Positions 1-12,439 of a DNA stretch of 64,000 bases are shown here, piece by piece. Source of the DNA: Okamejei kenojei (taxonomy: Eukaryota). The notes beneath the pieces are model-generated. The model made no database searches. It was not told the origin of the DNA and saw nothing but the letters and a program-made list of their open reading frames with translations. The translations under genes and the position numbers were made by a program. The DNA lies in assembly GCA_035221665.1 (NCBI GenBank), contig CM069134.1:69688001-69752000 (forward strand), read 5' to 3'. Each line of letters starts with the position of its first letter. Positions within the stretch are counted from its first letter, which is position 1.

Positions 1-169
1 TTTAACCAGATTTGACAATCATACTCACTTGGTTGTGAGATGTATGCCACATAAATTAGGCTGTTGTTTATAGACAACAGCACAGTGCAATTCATGTTAA
101 AACATTTGAGCAGAGCATTTTCACAGATTAGAAAGTGCATTGATCATCTGCACTCCCAGTTGCATGTCT

Positions 170-1276
170 AATGCAGCAATTATATCAATACTATCATCCC
201 CTCCAAGCTAGTTATCAAGGTCATGGAACTGGGTTTCTGAGCATCCCTCTGCAACTGGATCCTCGACTAGCTCATCAACAGATCACAGTCTGATCGAATT
301 GGCAACAACATTTCTTCTTCAATAACTATCAGTACGGGGAGCACCTCAAGGCTGTGCGCTCTGCCCCCTGCTCTACTCGCTCTGTGCTCACGAGTGTGTA
401 GTCGGATAGTGTGAACTTCATCTTCAAGTTTGCGAATGACACCACTGTTGTTGGACAAATTACAGATGATGATAAGTCAGGGTATAGGTGAGATTGATCA
501 ACTGACCAAATGGTGCCAGCACAACAACCTGGCTCTCAATGTCAGTAAGACCAAGGAACTGATTGTGAAGTTTGGAAGAGGAAAGATAAGGACCCACAAA
601 CCTGTTTATATTGACAGGGCAATGGTAGAAAGCTTCAAATTCCTGGGAGTACATATTTCTGAAGATCCTTCTTGGACCCAGCACAGTGATACAATTAAAA
701 AGAAAGCCCATCAATGCCTCCACTTCCTGAGAAGTTTGCGGAGATTCGGCATGTCAGAGAAGACTTTTTTGAACTTCTGCAGATGTACAGTAAAAAGCAT
801 TTTGCATCACGGCCTGGTTTGGCAACTTGAATGCCAGGAGTGAAGAAGACTGCAAAAAGTAGTGATGACTGCCAAAAGTAGTGAACCAGTCCATCACGGG
901 TTCTGACCTCCCTACCACTGAAGGGATTTACAGGAGTCACAGCCTCAAAAAGGCAGCCAGCATCATCAGAGACCCACACCACCCTGACCACATACTAATT
1001 TCACTCCTGCCATTAAGAAGAAGAACCTAAGAATATAGGAGCCTGAAAACTATAACACCCAGATTCAGGAACAGCTGTATGTTTTTATATACACATGTAC
1101 TGTATGTGCATGTGTATATACTGTACTGTATATGTGTGTTTACACACACTGAACTGGTTCTCATTTATTATGCTATTTACAGTACTATATTTACATATTC
1201 TGTTGTACTGTTGCAAATAAGAATTTCATTGTTCAATCTAGGACATATGACAATAAAACACTCTTGACCCTTGACA
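170..1276 (+). mobile_element. Rex1/Babar-type LINE, 5'-truncated and degenerate (RT C-terminal half plus 3' tail)
   Basis: ORF 430-843 has WCQHNNLALNVSKTKELIV and FKFLGVHISED..WT.H. Upstream frames give TG.PQG and KFANDTTVVG (FADD-like). The tail is catatgacaataaaacactcttgacccttgac. Confidence 0.85.
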
Positions 1277-1629
1277 TGCAGGGCCAAATCATCTCACATT
1301 CCTGCAACCTATATATTTTAATTTGAAAGGCATTGCAGATTTGCTCAGCACTGGCAATGTTGCATTTATTATCTATCAAGCATCAAGAATCACATCAAGC
1401 CTGGAGCTATTCAATAATACAGCTCACCACCATCTTCTCATGGGAAGGGCACCCAGTGATGGGCAATAAAACTATCTCAACCAATGATGCCCTACTCGCA
1501 AAACTGGTTAAAATGTAAAAGGTTCAGGCTAGAACAACTTGAGTGGAACATAATATGAGACCTGATCTTTTTAAAGGCTGCGTTATTTATGATGATGTAA
1601 AGTTGAGCACCTCAAGGATAATGACAGGC

Positions 1630-1890
1630 ATTGTGTTTATGTTCAGTTTAAACCAGCAACTGCAGTTCCTTCCTACACATTTCATCTGATCTACTGCAAA
1701 ATCTCCTCAAGGTACGTCTACTTTTAAGAGGTTCTCCTCCTCTCTCCAACGAGAGTTCTGCAACAGCCTCTCTCGCTAGTCCCCCTATGTGGAGTCTGAA
1801 GAAGGGTCTCGTCCCAAAACGTCACCCATTCCTTCTCTCCAGAGATGCTGCCTGTCCTGCTGTGTTACTCCAGCATTCTGTGCTTGTCAG
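1630..1890 (+). mobile_element. Penelope-like pseudo-LTR-derived short element with degenerate hammerhead motif
   Basis: CTGAAGAAGGGTCTCGTCCCAAAACGTC at 1796, followed by ttccttctctccagagatgctgcctg, the same terminal sequence that follows GIY-YIG fragments elsewhere in the window. Confidence 0.75.
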
Positions 1891-2319
1891 GTATTCAAAT
1901 ATTGATTTAATTGATACAAAGCATAAACGTTTTGGTGCTGTCTGACCTTCTGAGTACTGCCAGCACTTACATATTGTGACTAATTTTCAGCATTCACTGT
2001 AACATGGTATGGGAATATGATTATGGGCATTCAATTTTCTTCTCATAACTTGGTAAGGTTCCTCATTCTGAAGTTTTGGTTGCAGTCCAGGATATAGAAA
2101 GACCCTGGGTAACTTTCGTCAAATGCAGCTTCCATCTTTACGCGATGTACAAACTCCACAGATTGGCGTTATTCATTTCTTTTGTTTGCATGGTTGTTTG
2201 CACTTCAGGCCTGGGAAGTATGCAATCGTTCTTGGAATCTGAAGCAAAACATCCAAATAACTGTTGCCCCATTATAGGATGTATGTAGAGATTTTGAGGA
2301 GCGTCGGAGATTGAGCAAA

Positions 2320-2680
2320 AACCTGATAGAATTATCTAAACTGATGAGAGGCATGGACAAACAAAACCTTTTTCCCGGGGTGAAAATGTCAAAGACTAGA
2401 GAGCATAGCTTTAAGGACAGAGATGGAAAGTTTAAAAGAGATATGTGCAGTGAGTCTTTTTTTACAGAGAGTGCTTTGTGCCTGGAACAGCTGCCCGGGG
2501 TGCTGGTGGAAGCAGATGCGATAGTGGTGTTTACATGGCTTTAAGATCTTCATGTAAAAATGCAGGCAACAGAGGGGATATGCACCACATGCAGGCAGAT
2601 GAGATGAGTTTAATTCATCATCATGTTCAGCACAGACATCGTGGATTGAAGGACCTATTCATGTGCTATATTTTATGGTT
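2320..2680 (+). mobile_element. CR1 LINE 3' fragment
   Basis: LIELSKLMRGMD..LFP....SKTREHSFK resembles the CR1 ORF2 C-terminus. Confidence 0.75.
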
Positions 2681-3344
2681 TAAATTTTGTTTAAACTGCC
2701 TTTATTGCAAGTTCCAATGCTGTTTTTTCTGGATTTCCCCAAGAAATCTGTTTCATTCATTCACTCTCGTGAGCTTTGCTTGTGGAAATGGATGAAAGAA
2801 AATACAACCAGAGTTTAATTTATGAAATTATGATTATGTTAGATGAATTTTAACTGGCAGTGATATAGATTGATGATTTGGGGTTAATCATTTCCTGATG
2901 AGCATCATTTGACCAGAAGTATCTTCTAATTAAGACATGAACAGTATTTCCTAAACATAACCTATTTCATTATTTATGATAATTATTATGAACAGTCATT
3001 ATTGTTAGATTGTGCTGCACATTATAATGAAATCACTTTATTCTAATATGCTACAGTTCTGACCCTGATTAATACTCTATACCACATTATTCTTACCCAA
3101 TTAATTCTATCAAACATATGGTGATAAAACTTTATTTCACCACACCACCATGTATGAATGTTTCCCATTCTCAGACAAAATGAAACAATATTTCATTTTA
3201 GTGAAATACAGTATATTTACAAATGGTTTACAGCTGTGATATAGAAACATTTTAGAGACACAAGAAACACAACTTAGTCACATGCAGTGGACAGTTCGAT
3301 TTGTGAGATACATATTATTGCATTTTATTTCTCAGTATATCATG

Positions 3345-3790
3345 AAAGAATGGATCTACGGGACTTATATTCACTGGAATTTAGAAGGATGAAAGTGGAT
3401 CATAGAAACATATAACATTCTTAAGGGATTGGGCAGGCTAGATGCAGGAAAAATGTTCCCAATGTTGGGGGAGTCCAGAACCAGGAGTCACAGTTTAAGA
3501 ATAAGGGGTAGGCCATTTATGACTGAGATAAGGAAAAACATTTCAAACCAGAGAGTTGTGAGTCTCTGAATGCTCTGCCACAGAAGGCATTGGAGGATAA
3601 TTCACAGGATGTTTTCAAGAGAGAGTTAGATTTAGCTCTTTGGGCAAACTGAATCAAGTGATATAGGGTGAAAGCAGGAACAGGGGTACTTACTGATTTT
3701 GGATGATCAGCCATCTTCATATTGAATAGCGGTGCCGAATGGCCTACTCTTGCACCTATTTTCTATGTTTTCTATGTTTCTTTGTTTCTA
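3345..3790 (+). mobile_element. CR1 LINE 3' fragment
   Basis: Colinear with 13270-13700 and ends in a (ctatgttt)n tail. Confidence 0.85.
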
Positions 3791-3885
3791 TTTTTACATC
3801 TTATATCTCAGCTGACCAGCAGTGGCAGTAGTTTTGAAGTGGAGTTGTCACATTGTTAAATAAATAACAATTTATTGTTCAACAG

Positions 3886-4620
3886 GTCAGACAACGTTTC
3901 TGGAGGATATGGCTAGGCAATGTTTTGGGTCGGGATCCTTATTCAGACTGATTGTAGTAGGGGGGAGAAAGGCTGGAAAAGAGGTGGGCAGAATAAAGCC
4001 TGGCAAGAGATAGAGACCACTTCCTCTGCTACTACTTTGTTCATCCATCCCTTCCCACGCAAACCACCCTTTCACCAGGAATCTTCCACGGCAACCGCAA
4101 GAGATGTAACACCTCCACCTACCCAGCCTCCCTTACATGCAGCCAGCAGAAACCGAAGAGAGAAACAAAATGTTGGAGTAACTCAGCAAGACAGGCAGCA
4201 TCTCCGGAGAGAAGGAATGAGTAACACAAAATGCTGGAGTAACTCAGCGGGATAGGCAGCAGCTCTGGAGAGAAGGAATGGATCTGCTTGCCAGGAGCGG
4301 CCTGGCCTGCTGCTGCGGGCTAATCAGAAGTGAATGTCTGAGGAAAGGTCTCGACCCGAGGGTGACCTATTCCTTCTCTCCAGAGATGCTGCCTGTCTCG
4401 TCGAGTTACTCCAGCATTCTGTGTCACCCATTCTTTCTCTCCAGAGATGCTGCTTGTCCTGCTGTGGTACTCCAGCATTTTGTGTATAGCTTTGGTTTAT
4501 ACCAGCATCTGCAGTTCCTTCCTCCACATATCACTTGCCAGGCGTTGTCCTGCTTCCATCTTTTGTTCCAGCTTTCTCCCCCTACTACAATGAGTCTGAT
4601 GAACGGTCCCAAACCAAATG
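3886..4620. mobile_element. Cluster of Penelope terminal fragments in tandem and inverted orientation
   Basis: Two tandem caaaatgctggagtaactcagc...ggagagaaggaatg units (4165-4280) are mirrored by two reverse units (4362-4485). Hammerhead-like cores lie at about 3920-3950 (-), 4338 and 4596. Confidence 0.75.
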
Positions 4621-4625
4621 GGTTA

Positions 4626-5163
4626 TATACTGGACTCACTGAATGTCCCTATCCAGCAAGCTAAACAATTGATCCAATAAAGAGCAGCAGAGACGAGCTG
4701 TCGTTTGATTCTTTACTGTATTCACATGTGAAACTGCAACATATAAGCACAAAAAGAAACAACATAGGGTTTAGTTACATTGTACATTTATTATAGGAAC
4801 ATAAACGAGGATGCCACCACCAAACACAGTGCTGGTATGCGAGAAACCAGCCAGGGTACATGAAACATTCTTAAACTTTGTTGATAATCATAATCATGCT
4901 GAATAACGTTCATAACATATAAAGATGATGTCAATAAACATAATTACTTACAGATATTGTGTCTAACAAACTCCGTGAGGAAGGATGGCAGCGGATTAAA
5001 CACAGGTGAGTCAATATCTGCACACCATGAGGTTACCCTTTCTCAGCTGCACTTCCTTGTTTATGACAACTTCCTGTCTAATAGGAAATGAAACTTAAGG
5101 CTGCTATACCAGAACTTCTAGGAGACGGCACTAATGCATCTAAATAAAATACAATCCAGTACA
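4626..5163 (-). repeat. 3' LTR of BEL/Pao element
   Basis: Follows the PPT (ggcggggag on the minus strand); 4901-5163 is duplicated at 6251-6511. Confidence 0.85.
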
Positions 5164-6250
5164 CTCCCCGCCTAGGGTCTCCAAGACCCCACGCAAATCT
5201 CTCATTTAACCCCAAGAGTCCTCAGGAGACAGGATGACCACTTCAGTGATTGGGAAGATGTAGAGCTTCTGGCCTCAATCCTTGAAGATTCTGACTTCCA
5301 CTCTCCGAACCTTCCCATCCTGACTTGGAAAGGTCTTTGAGATGATTGCAATGGTCCACTCATTTCTTCTGGCCTGTTTGTCTTTAAGATGTTGGCTTGT
5401 GTCCAACCACTTGCGTCGGCTTTGCAGAGTAACAAGATACTCCTGACGCCACTTGTTCCAAAAGGTTTCCGCTAGGGTTTGAACATGCTTCCACTCTTTC
5501 TTTGAGAGGAACTGCTTTCCCAAAGTCACCAGGAGGAGGAAGGGGAACACCTGTCTTCTGAGTCAAGAGTGTAGCTGGAGTCAGGAGGAAAGGTGACTCA
5601 GGGTCCGAAGACACAGGGATGAGTGGTCTTACATTAATCATGGCTGTGACCTTTGCCATAAATGTCGTTAAGACCTCATGTGTGAAGCGGGCTGCTCCAT
5701 TCTGGAGGTGCATGTAGTCGATGATACGATGGGCGACATCGAACATCCGCTCCCACGCACCACCCATGTGGGAGGAATGGGCGGATTGAATACCCATGTG
5801 CACTTCTGATCCTGGAGGTATATCTCGATGCTGTCGGAACTGGTGCTTGAATCACCCATCTTCAGCTCATGACTGGCACCAACAAAGTTAGTGCCGCAGT
5901 CTGATCGTACCTGCTTTGCTGGCCCTCTGATGGCAAAAAATATCATCAAGGCATTGATAAAGCTGCTAGCACTCATGCTCTCTATCACTTCGATGTGCAC
6001 AGCTCTGGTACACATGCAGGAGAACAACACAGCCCATCTCTTGCTGTTGCTGTGTCATCCTCTAGTCCGGCATGACGCCACCTCCCAAGGGCCAAACACG
6101 TCGACACCCACGTAAGTGAAGGATGGTGCCACTTGTAGTCGTTCCGCTGGAAGGTCGGCCATCTGCTGGTACTCATTCTTACCATGGAGTTTCCTGCAGA
6201 TGATGCACCTGAAGAGGAAACCACTCCTTCAGGTGCTTCACTTCTTCGCT

Positions 6251-6511
6251 GAATAACATTCACAACATATAAAGATGATGTCAATAAACATAATTACTTA
6301 CAGACATTGCGTCTAACAAACTCCGTGAGGAAGGATGGCAGCGGATTAAACACAGGTGAGTCAATGTCTGCACACCATGAGGTTACCCTTTCTGAGCTGC
6401 ACTTCCTTGTTTATGACAACTTCCTGTCTAATAGGAAATGAAACTTGGCTGCTATACCAGAGCTTCCAGGAGGTGTCACTAATGCATCTAAACAAAATAC
6501 AGTCCAGTACA
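6251..6511 (-). repeat. Truncated 5' LTR of BEL/Pao element
   Basis: High-identity copy of 4901-5163, joined directly to integrase-region sequence. Confidence 0.85.
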
Positions 6512-6589
6512 GGTTATGACCCAAGACATAACCTCCAGAGATGCTACCTGACCTGCTGAGTCACTCCAGCACTTTGTGTTTTTGGTTTT

Positions 6590-7172
6590 GTGTTAGTGTC
6601 ACAGCTTAGTGTGCTTTGTGAAGCTGCGGGCCGGGATTCTCCCGGCAAGTTGTGGGCCGGGATGCTTGTAGCAAGCAGGCCCGATTCACCCGCTGTGGGC
6701 CTCGGAGGACCCGCCCGGTAGGCCTGGCTTTCCTGCTGAAGTCTCCCGCGGGATCGGGAACGCACCTGAAGGCTCAACGGAGTCCACCCGAAGATTCGTG
6801 GTCGGGGAGACCTCACTCGAAGGCTCGGCAGTCGATGGGATCGGAACCAGCCCGAAGGCTCAACAGACATCATAAGCTGTAGAGGTCTGACACAAGGAGC
6901 AGGACCAGTAGCGATAATGCCTCCAATGCCTTCAAGTAGGCTGCAGGAGGCGCTCCAGGGACATGAACATGGCCGGACGAGGAGAGGAAAGGGACATCGG
7001 TTTGCGGGAACTGCTCCAGTACATCGAGCATGCGGGCCGACTGGACTTTGGACTTTGAATAAATGTATATTACATGTGGGCGCGAATAACGGCAGCGCCC
7101 ACATGTGTAATATATGCAAAAAGAATTTCACTGTGCAGTTGCATATTTGACAAGTAAAGCACTATTGACTAT
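6590..7172 (+). mobile_element. GC-rich non-coding repeat with Rex1/LINE-type 3' tail (probable non-autonomous retroposon)
   Basis: Tail aagaatttcactgtg...catatttgacaagtaaagcactattgactatt resembles 1220-1275; hairpin at 7066-7114. Confidence 0.45.
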
Positions 7173-7697
7173 TTGTTTTACAAGCCAGATTACCTGTAGA
7201 CCAACTCCCACGCGAGGGAGATTCATTGAGTGAATGGCCTACTTCAATGTCATGAGAAAGAAAAGAGGTGTGGGGAAACCTCTCAGTGCCACAGCCTACA
7301 ATCATCTTATTGCTTATCCTCCACTTCTCTGTGCCACCGTGGAAATAATAGGGAACTTGTGACAAATGACAACAATCATCATCACTGTTGAGAATTGCAG
7401 GGGATTCCTAAACAATCCAGGCACAGCAATCTGATTTTTGGGATCTCAATGGCAGTTTCCACAAAGGTCATCTAGGTCCCATGGTTGTAATTTTTAATTT
7501 ATAATATTTTGGCCTCAGAATGCATGGTTCCTTATGTAGGTGCATGGAGGAACTGAGATCCCATTCAATGTCTGGGATAAAGACCCTCCTGTCCAGACCA
7601 CATTTCCCCTTCTTCCTTCCCTGCTCATTAAGGGGTTCCTTAATTAGTTTTTCTATGGTTCCTTAATTTGTTGGAAGTCTAGCAAGGCTAAGAATAA

Positions 7698-7885
7698 CTG
7701 CCGATGCTGGGTTTTTTTTATTACAAAGTGCTGGAGTAACCCAGTGGGTCAGGCAGCAGCTCTGGAGGATATGGATAGATGACATAGATGACTGAAGAAG
7801 TGCCCAACCTGAAACATCGCCTATCTATGTCCTCCAAAGATGTTGCCAGAGCAGCTGAGTTCCTCTTACACTTTCTCTTTTCTTT
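7698..7885. mobile_element. Palindromic Penelope-derived element with a hammerhead core next to the loop
   Basis: Arms at about 7725-7783 and 7815-7873 are reverse complements; CTGAAGA..GAAACATC at 7792-7818. Confidence 0.7.
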
Positions 7886-8264
7886 TAAGACCAAGAATAA
7901 AATAGTTATACTTTTTTTGATAAAAATATTATCTTCATCTCCAAAAATATTCCCAATTTTTATTTTAAGTTGTAACGTTGAATAAGCTCAAAGCTGCTCG
8001 GGGGTGAAATAATAACTAATCAGCTGCAAGAGAAAGCCTTTTTGATAAACTATGATGAAACAAAAGCCTGGGGTCATTACAAGGAACAATTAAATGCATT
8101 TAAATGCATTTCCTGTTCCAATAAATAGGAGATTAGTTGTTTTTTTACCTCGAGGGGAGAAATATTGCTTCTCAATGTTATGCAATTGTGCATAGAATAT
8201 TTATGGGAAGATCATTGTGTAAAGAGTGAGTAAAAAGTCACAGTGGTTATCTGGATAAATGTCA

Positions 8265-8440
8265 GATATGATACGATACGATAGAACTTTATTTATCCCA
8301 GAAGGGAAATTGGTCTGCCAACAGTCATAAAACACAAGATACTTGAAACATGAAATCACAGTGACGAGTGGAGAGGATTGGGAATGTGCAAATATTAGGG
8401 AGGTGGGGGTGGAAGGGGAGCCAGTCTACCCTACACTGAC
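8265..8440 (-). mobile_element. LINE 3' tail fragment
   Basis: Minus strand ends aataaagttctatc(gtatc)n. Confidence 0.55.
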
Positions 8441-8756
8441 TGCAAACTAATATCAGCAAAGCAGAAAGCAGTAGTTTTTTTAGGGCAGCTTTCATTGAGC
8501 TCAGCTACCAGTTTTGTAACTTCAGCATTATATGCAAATTTCAGACCATTATAAAATGAACTGCAGATGCTGGTTTACATGTTGCCTCACCCGCTAATTA
8601 CACCATTATTTAGTGTCAATTTTCATTGTAAAATGATGCCCTTATAATCAAGGCTTTGCCACTGATGTACTAATACGCATATGAAATTACCTGGAAGGCC
8701 TTTCGACATAATTTGAAACCAGCTATGAGGAATCCTGCAAACATGTTCTCAGTGAA

Positions 8757-9092
8757 ACTAGCATTAGGGATCTCACAGAGTAACTGCAGATCGATCTCCA
8801 GGGCAGTGTGAGCAGCCAGTGGTTGTGGTACATGTGTAACAATGCAGGTAATAAAAGGGGGGTGGGGGGGGGGGGGGGGGGGGGGGGGGGGGTGGGGGAC
8901 TATTGCAAGATGTATTTAAGGAACCATTTTCTCCAGAGATGCTGCCTGACCTGCTGAATAATTTCAGTACTTTGTGTCAATCTAGTTATAAAGTTATTCC
9001 TTACTACTACCCATCCTTAAATATCCTTGAATTTAGTATCAGTAGAAAACTGGCAATTTTCAATTGACAATAGATAGGGCAAATGCGCACAG
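8757..9092 (+). repeat. Copy 1 of a ~320-bp local direct duplication
   Basis: Colinear with 11452-11766; the poly-G tract is longer in this copy. Confidence 0.9.
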
Positions 9093-11449
9093 GGAACTCA
9101 TCCTTTAAATACAGTGCAGGACTGTTTTGCAACATGCAGTATTGTTTAACATTTTAAACAGTTAATACGGAGTTGTGTCGCAGTTGTTTGTGAGCGGGAC
9201 ACGATAGGCCGCAGATCCTTCTATGCAGGGGACTGTAGTTTAAAACAGCAACTGTACAAATCGTCGAGAGTTTGTCAGGCTATCTCTATATTGTGTCTAC
9301 GTGGCAAGTTGCCGTCCTTGGGATTATATAAGATTTCTTTTTGTCAAGTTCCTTAAGCTGAATAGCCTTTGTACAGCTAAGTTTCAGGTGAATTGTTCCA
9401 CCAGAACAGACAGTAATTTGAGGTTTTTGAACGGACTTCATAAAAAATAGAGAACGACACGATGGCAGCGTCCACGGGCTACATCGGAAACCTTACCACT
9501 TTTGAGAAGAGTAGAGAGCCGTTCAGCTCCTATATGGAGAGAGCAAACATGGTTTTCACGGCAAACAACATAATGGAGATTAGTGGAGAAGGAGAGGTGG
9601 TGAAACAAATAAAGCCGTTTGCAAACGCATGAAAGCGATTCTGCTCATGGAGATCGGTCCTGAAGTGCATGGCACACACGTGAATCTCCTTGCGCCCATA
9701 AAGGCAAAAGACGTGCCATTCAAATGACATTATGAAGAAGTTGGAGGAGCACTTCAATCCAAAGCCACTGGAAATTGCAGAAAGTTATAAATTTGGCACT
9801 AGAAACCAGAAACAGAATGAGTACATTGTTGCCTTGAAAACTTAAGTTTGCGCTGTAATTTTGGAACCTTTCTCGGAAGCGCACTACGTGACAGATTTGT
9901 TTGTGGTCCAGTGGATGAACAAATTCAGTCCAAACTCATGAACATTCCAGATCTTACATTCGTGAAAGCATGCAAGATTGCTACCACAATGGACATGGCA
10001 TCAAATAATGCTCGCGAGTTTCGTCCACCACAGACTGGCATAGTAAGTATGAAGTCAATTGCCAGGATGTTTGGCATGAATTTGTTTCTATTGTGTATTG
10101 GCCTGGCATTGACAGTGACATCGAGTCACTGGTGAACAAATGTAGTGTCTGCCAAAATTACCGGAGTAAACCACCAAAAACACCACTGCAACCCTGGTCA
10201 TGGCCAAGTTGACCTTTTAAGAGAGTTCATGTAGATTTTTGTGAAAGGGTAATGATCACTTTCTGGTATTAATAGATAGTCATTCCAAATGGATTGATGC
10301 TAAGCATATGGGGTAAAGCATTACTACTGAGTGTATCATAGATGAGTTGAAATCAAATTTTGCATGCCATAGTTAACCGGAAGAACTTGTTTCTGATAAC
10401 GGGCCTCAGTTTCGTTCAGAACGATTCAAAGAGTTCATGCACCGGAATGGTGTAAAACACACGCTTGTTCCCCCATACCAACCAGCCTCCAATGTGGTGG
10501 TGGAATGGTCTGTTAGAGTTGTCAAAGATGCTCTCAAGAAACAGGTTTTGCAGGCTAGTTCAAAGCTCAGCATGAAACATCATTTGGCTATATTCTTCCT
10601 GAAGTACTTAACCACACAACAGACAACAACGGGTTACTCACCTGCAGAACTGTTGTTGAAGAGAAGGCTAAGAATATGCCTAAGTCTAGTTCAACCAAAT
10701 TTGGCCTTGAGAATTGTGCAAAAACAGTTCAAAAACTTCAAGCCAGATGAGTAAGTTTGTGTTCTCAGTCCTCCCAACAAGTCCAATCGAGACAAATGGG
10801 ATGTTGGGAAAATAGTGGAAGTGTGTGGAACAAAAAGATACTTAGTTGAAGTTGGAGATAGGATCAAAAGTGTTCATGTTGATCAAATGATTCCAGCCAA
10901 AGATGAACCAAAAACTGAGCATAAAGTCCTAATCCCTGAGTTTTCACCTGAAAGTGAGTTGGAAGAGACCACTGTGATTGAAACACAAAGTTCAGTTAGT
11001 ACAGACAAAGAAATAGATTCCTCTGGTCAGTCAGGGTATTAAAACAGAGCCGAACAAGCCAACCTAAACCTGTTACACCTGTTACTGTTAGACGATCAGA
11101 CAGGATCCGTAAAGCAGTAGTCAGATTAGGTTTGTAAGTTAAGTAACTCACTGTATAAGTAAAATGAAAATGTGTAGATATGTAAAATAAATATATTATG
11201 TTTATCATTTAAGATTTCATAAATACTGGTTTAAATCAAGTATCACAACAACAACATTGTAACTGAGTACTTAGATTTAATACTTTAAAATAGGAGAGCA
11301 GTGTAATGTATTCATACATATTCATGGCTATGTTAATGAGTTGGTGTTGTATATAAGCAGGGAATGTTGGGTAATAAATCTCTCTCTTTCTTGTGATCCA
11401 GGCAACCTGCGTGTAAGTTGTTATTCACTCTACTGTCCGGAATATAACC
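9093..11449 (+). mobile_element. Gypsy (Mag-like) LTR retrotransposon remnant: gag start, integrase, PPT and 3' LTR; PR/RT deleted, no 5' LTR
   Basis: gag from ATG 9462 (CNFGTFLGSALRDRFVCG); integrase (LVSDNGPQF, PPYQPASN); PPT aaaataggagag; LTR tgtaatgt from 11302 containing aataaa. Confidence 0.85.
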
Positions 11450-11451
11450 GT

Positions 11452-11766
11452 ACTAGCATTAGGGATCTCTCAGAGTGACTGCAGAGCGATCTGCAGGGTA
11501 GTGTGAGCAGCCAGTGATTGTGGTACATGTGTAACAACACAGGTAACAAAAAGGGGGTGGGGGAGGGGGGAAACTATTGCAAGATGTATTAAAGGAACCA
11601 TTTTCTCCAGACATGATGCCTGACCCACTGAATTACTTCAGTACTTTGTGTCAATCTAGTTATAAATGTATTCCTTACTACTACCCATCCTTACTTATCA
11701 TTGAATTCAGTATCAGTAGAAAACTGGCAATTTTAAATTGACAATAGATAGGGCAAATGCGCAGAG
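11452..11766 (+). repeat. Copy 2 of the local direct duplication
   Basis: Colinear with 8757-9092 and continues seamlessly into a CR1 fragment. Confidence 0.9.
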
Positions 11767-12060
11767 TCTTTTACTCGGAATAGGGGATTCAAGAATCAGC
11801 GGACAGAAAGGGTGAAGATTTATTATGAACCAAAGTGGCAACTTTTTCACACAGAGAATGTTGAATTTATGAAACAGGTTATCTGTGAAGATAGTTAAGA
11901 TAGATATCATATCAATATTTTCAAAACATTTGGACAGGGAAATGTTTAGAGGTTTATGAGCCACACATGAGCAGGTGGGGCAAGCGTAGATGAGACATCT
12001 TAGTTGGCATTGACGTTGTGCCGAAGGGCCTTTTCTGTGCTGTATAATTCTATAATTCAA
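11742..12060 (+). mobile_element. CR1 LINE 3' fragment (old)
   Basis: atagatagggcaaatgc..agtctttt, ttcacacagagaatg and gccgaagggcc 3' motifs. Confidence 0.7.
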
Positions 12061-12439
12061 AGCTTTTATTCTTTCCAAACAATTATCTTTCCCGTTAACT
12101 TAGTTTTATACCCACATCCAAGCTTAAAATAGTCCTTGATACAATGAGCTGAAAGCATAGGAAGGTTTTGAACTCTAAGGTAGGTGACTCACCTTTTGCA
12201 GGCAGTGCTAATTCTGCTCTGCTATTTATCAGATGACTGAATTGGTTCAGTGGGAGGTCTTACCTATGAGTCAGGAACATGGTGAACCGAAAGCCCAGTC
12301 CAAAACCTAAGTGGGTAGTCTGCTGGCAAACCAAAGGGAATATCACCATGTCACCTTCTTTCGGATGAGGTGGGGGAAGGGGGGTGCGTGGGAAGAAGCT
12401 GGAAGATAAATCAGGGATTTAGCAAGGATTTATTTCAGC

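Larger units (their letters stand above)
4626..6511 (-). mobile_element. BEL/Pao LTR retrotransposon, internally deleted
   Basis: TSD GGTTA at 4621-4625 and 6512-6516; terminal inverted repeats t(g/a)tactggact...agtccagtaca; PPT at 5164-5172. Integrase motifs: LFSCMCTRAVHIEV, SDCGTNFVGA, SHMGGAWER, FWNKWRQEY. Confidence 0.92.

Noticed and set aside
8857-8898. Long poly-G run (also poly-C at 58107-58142)
   Set aside because: Homopolymer length is unreliable in assemblies and there is no independent evidence of function.
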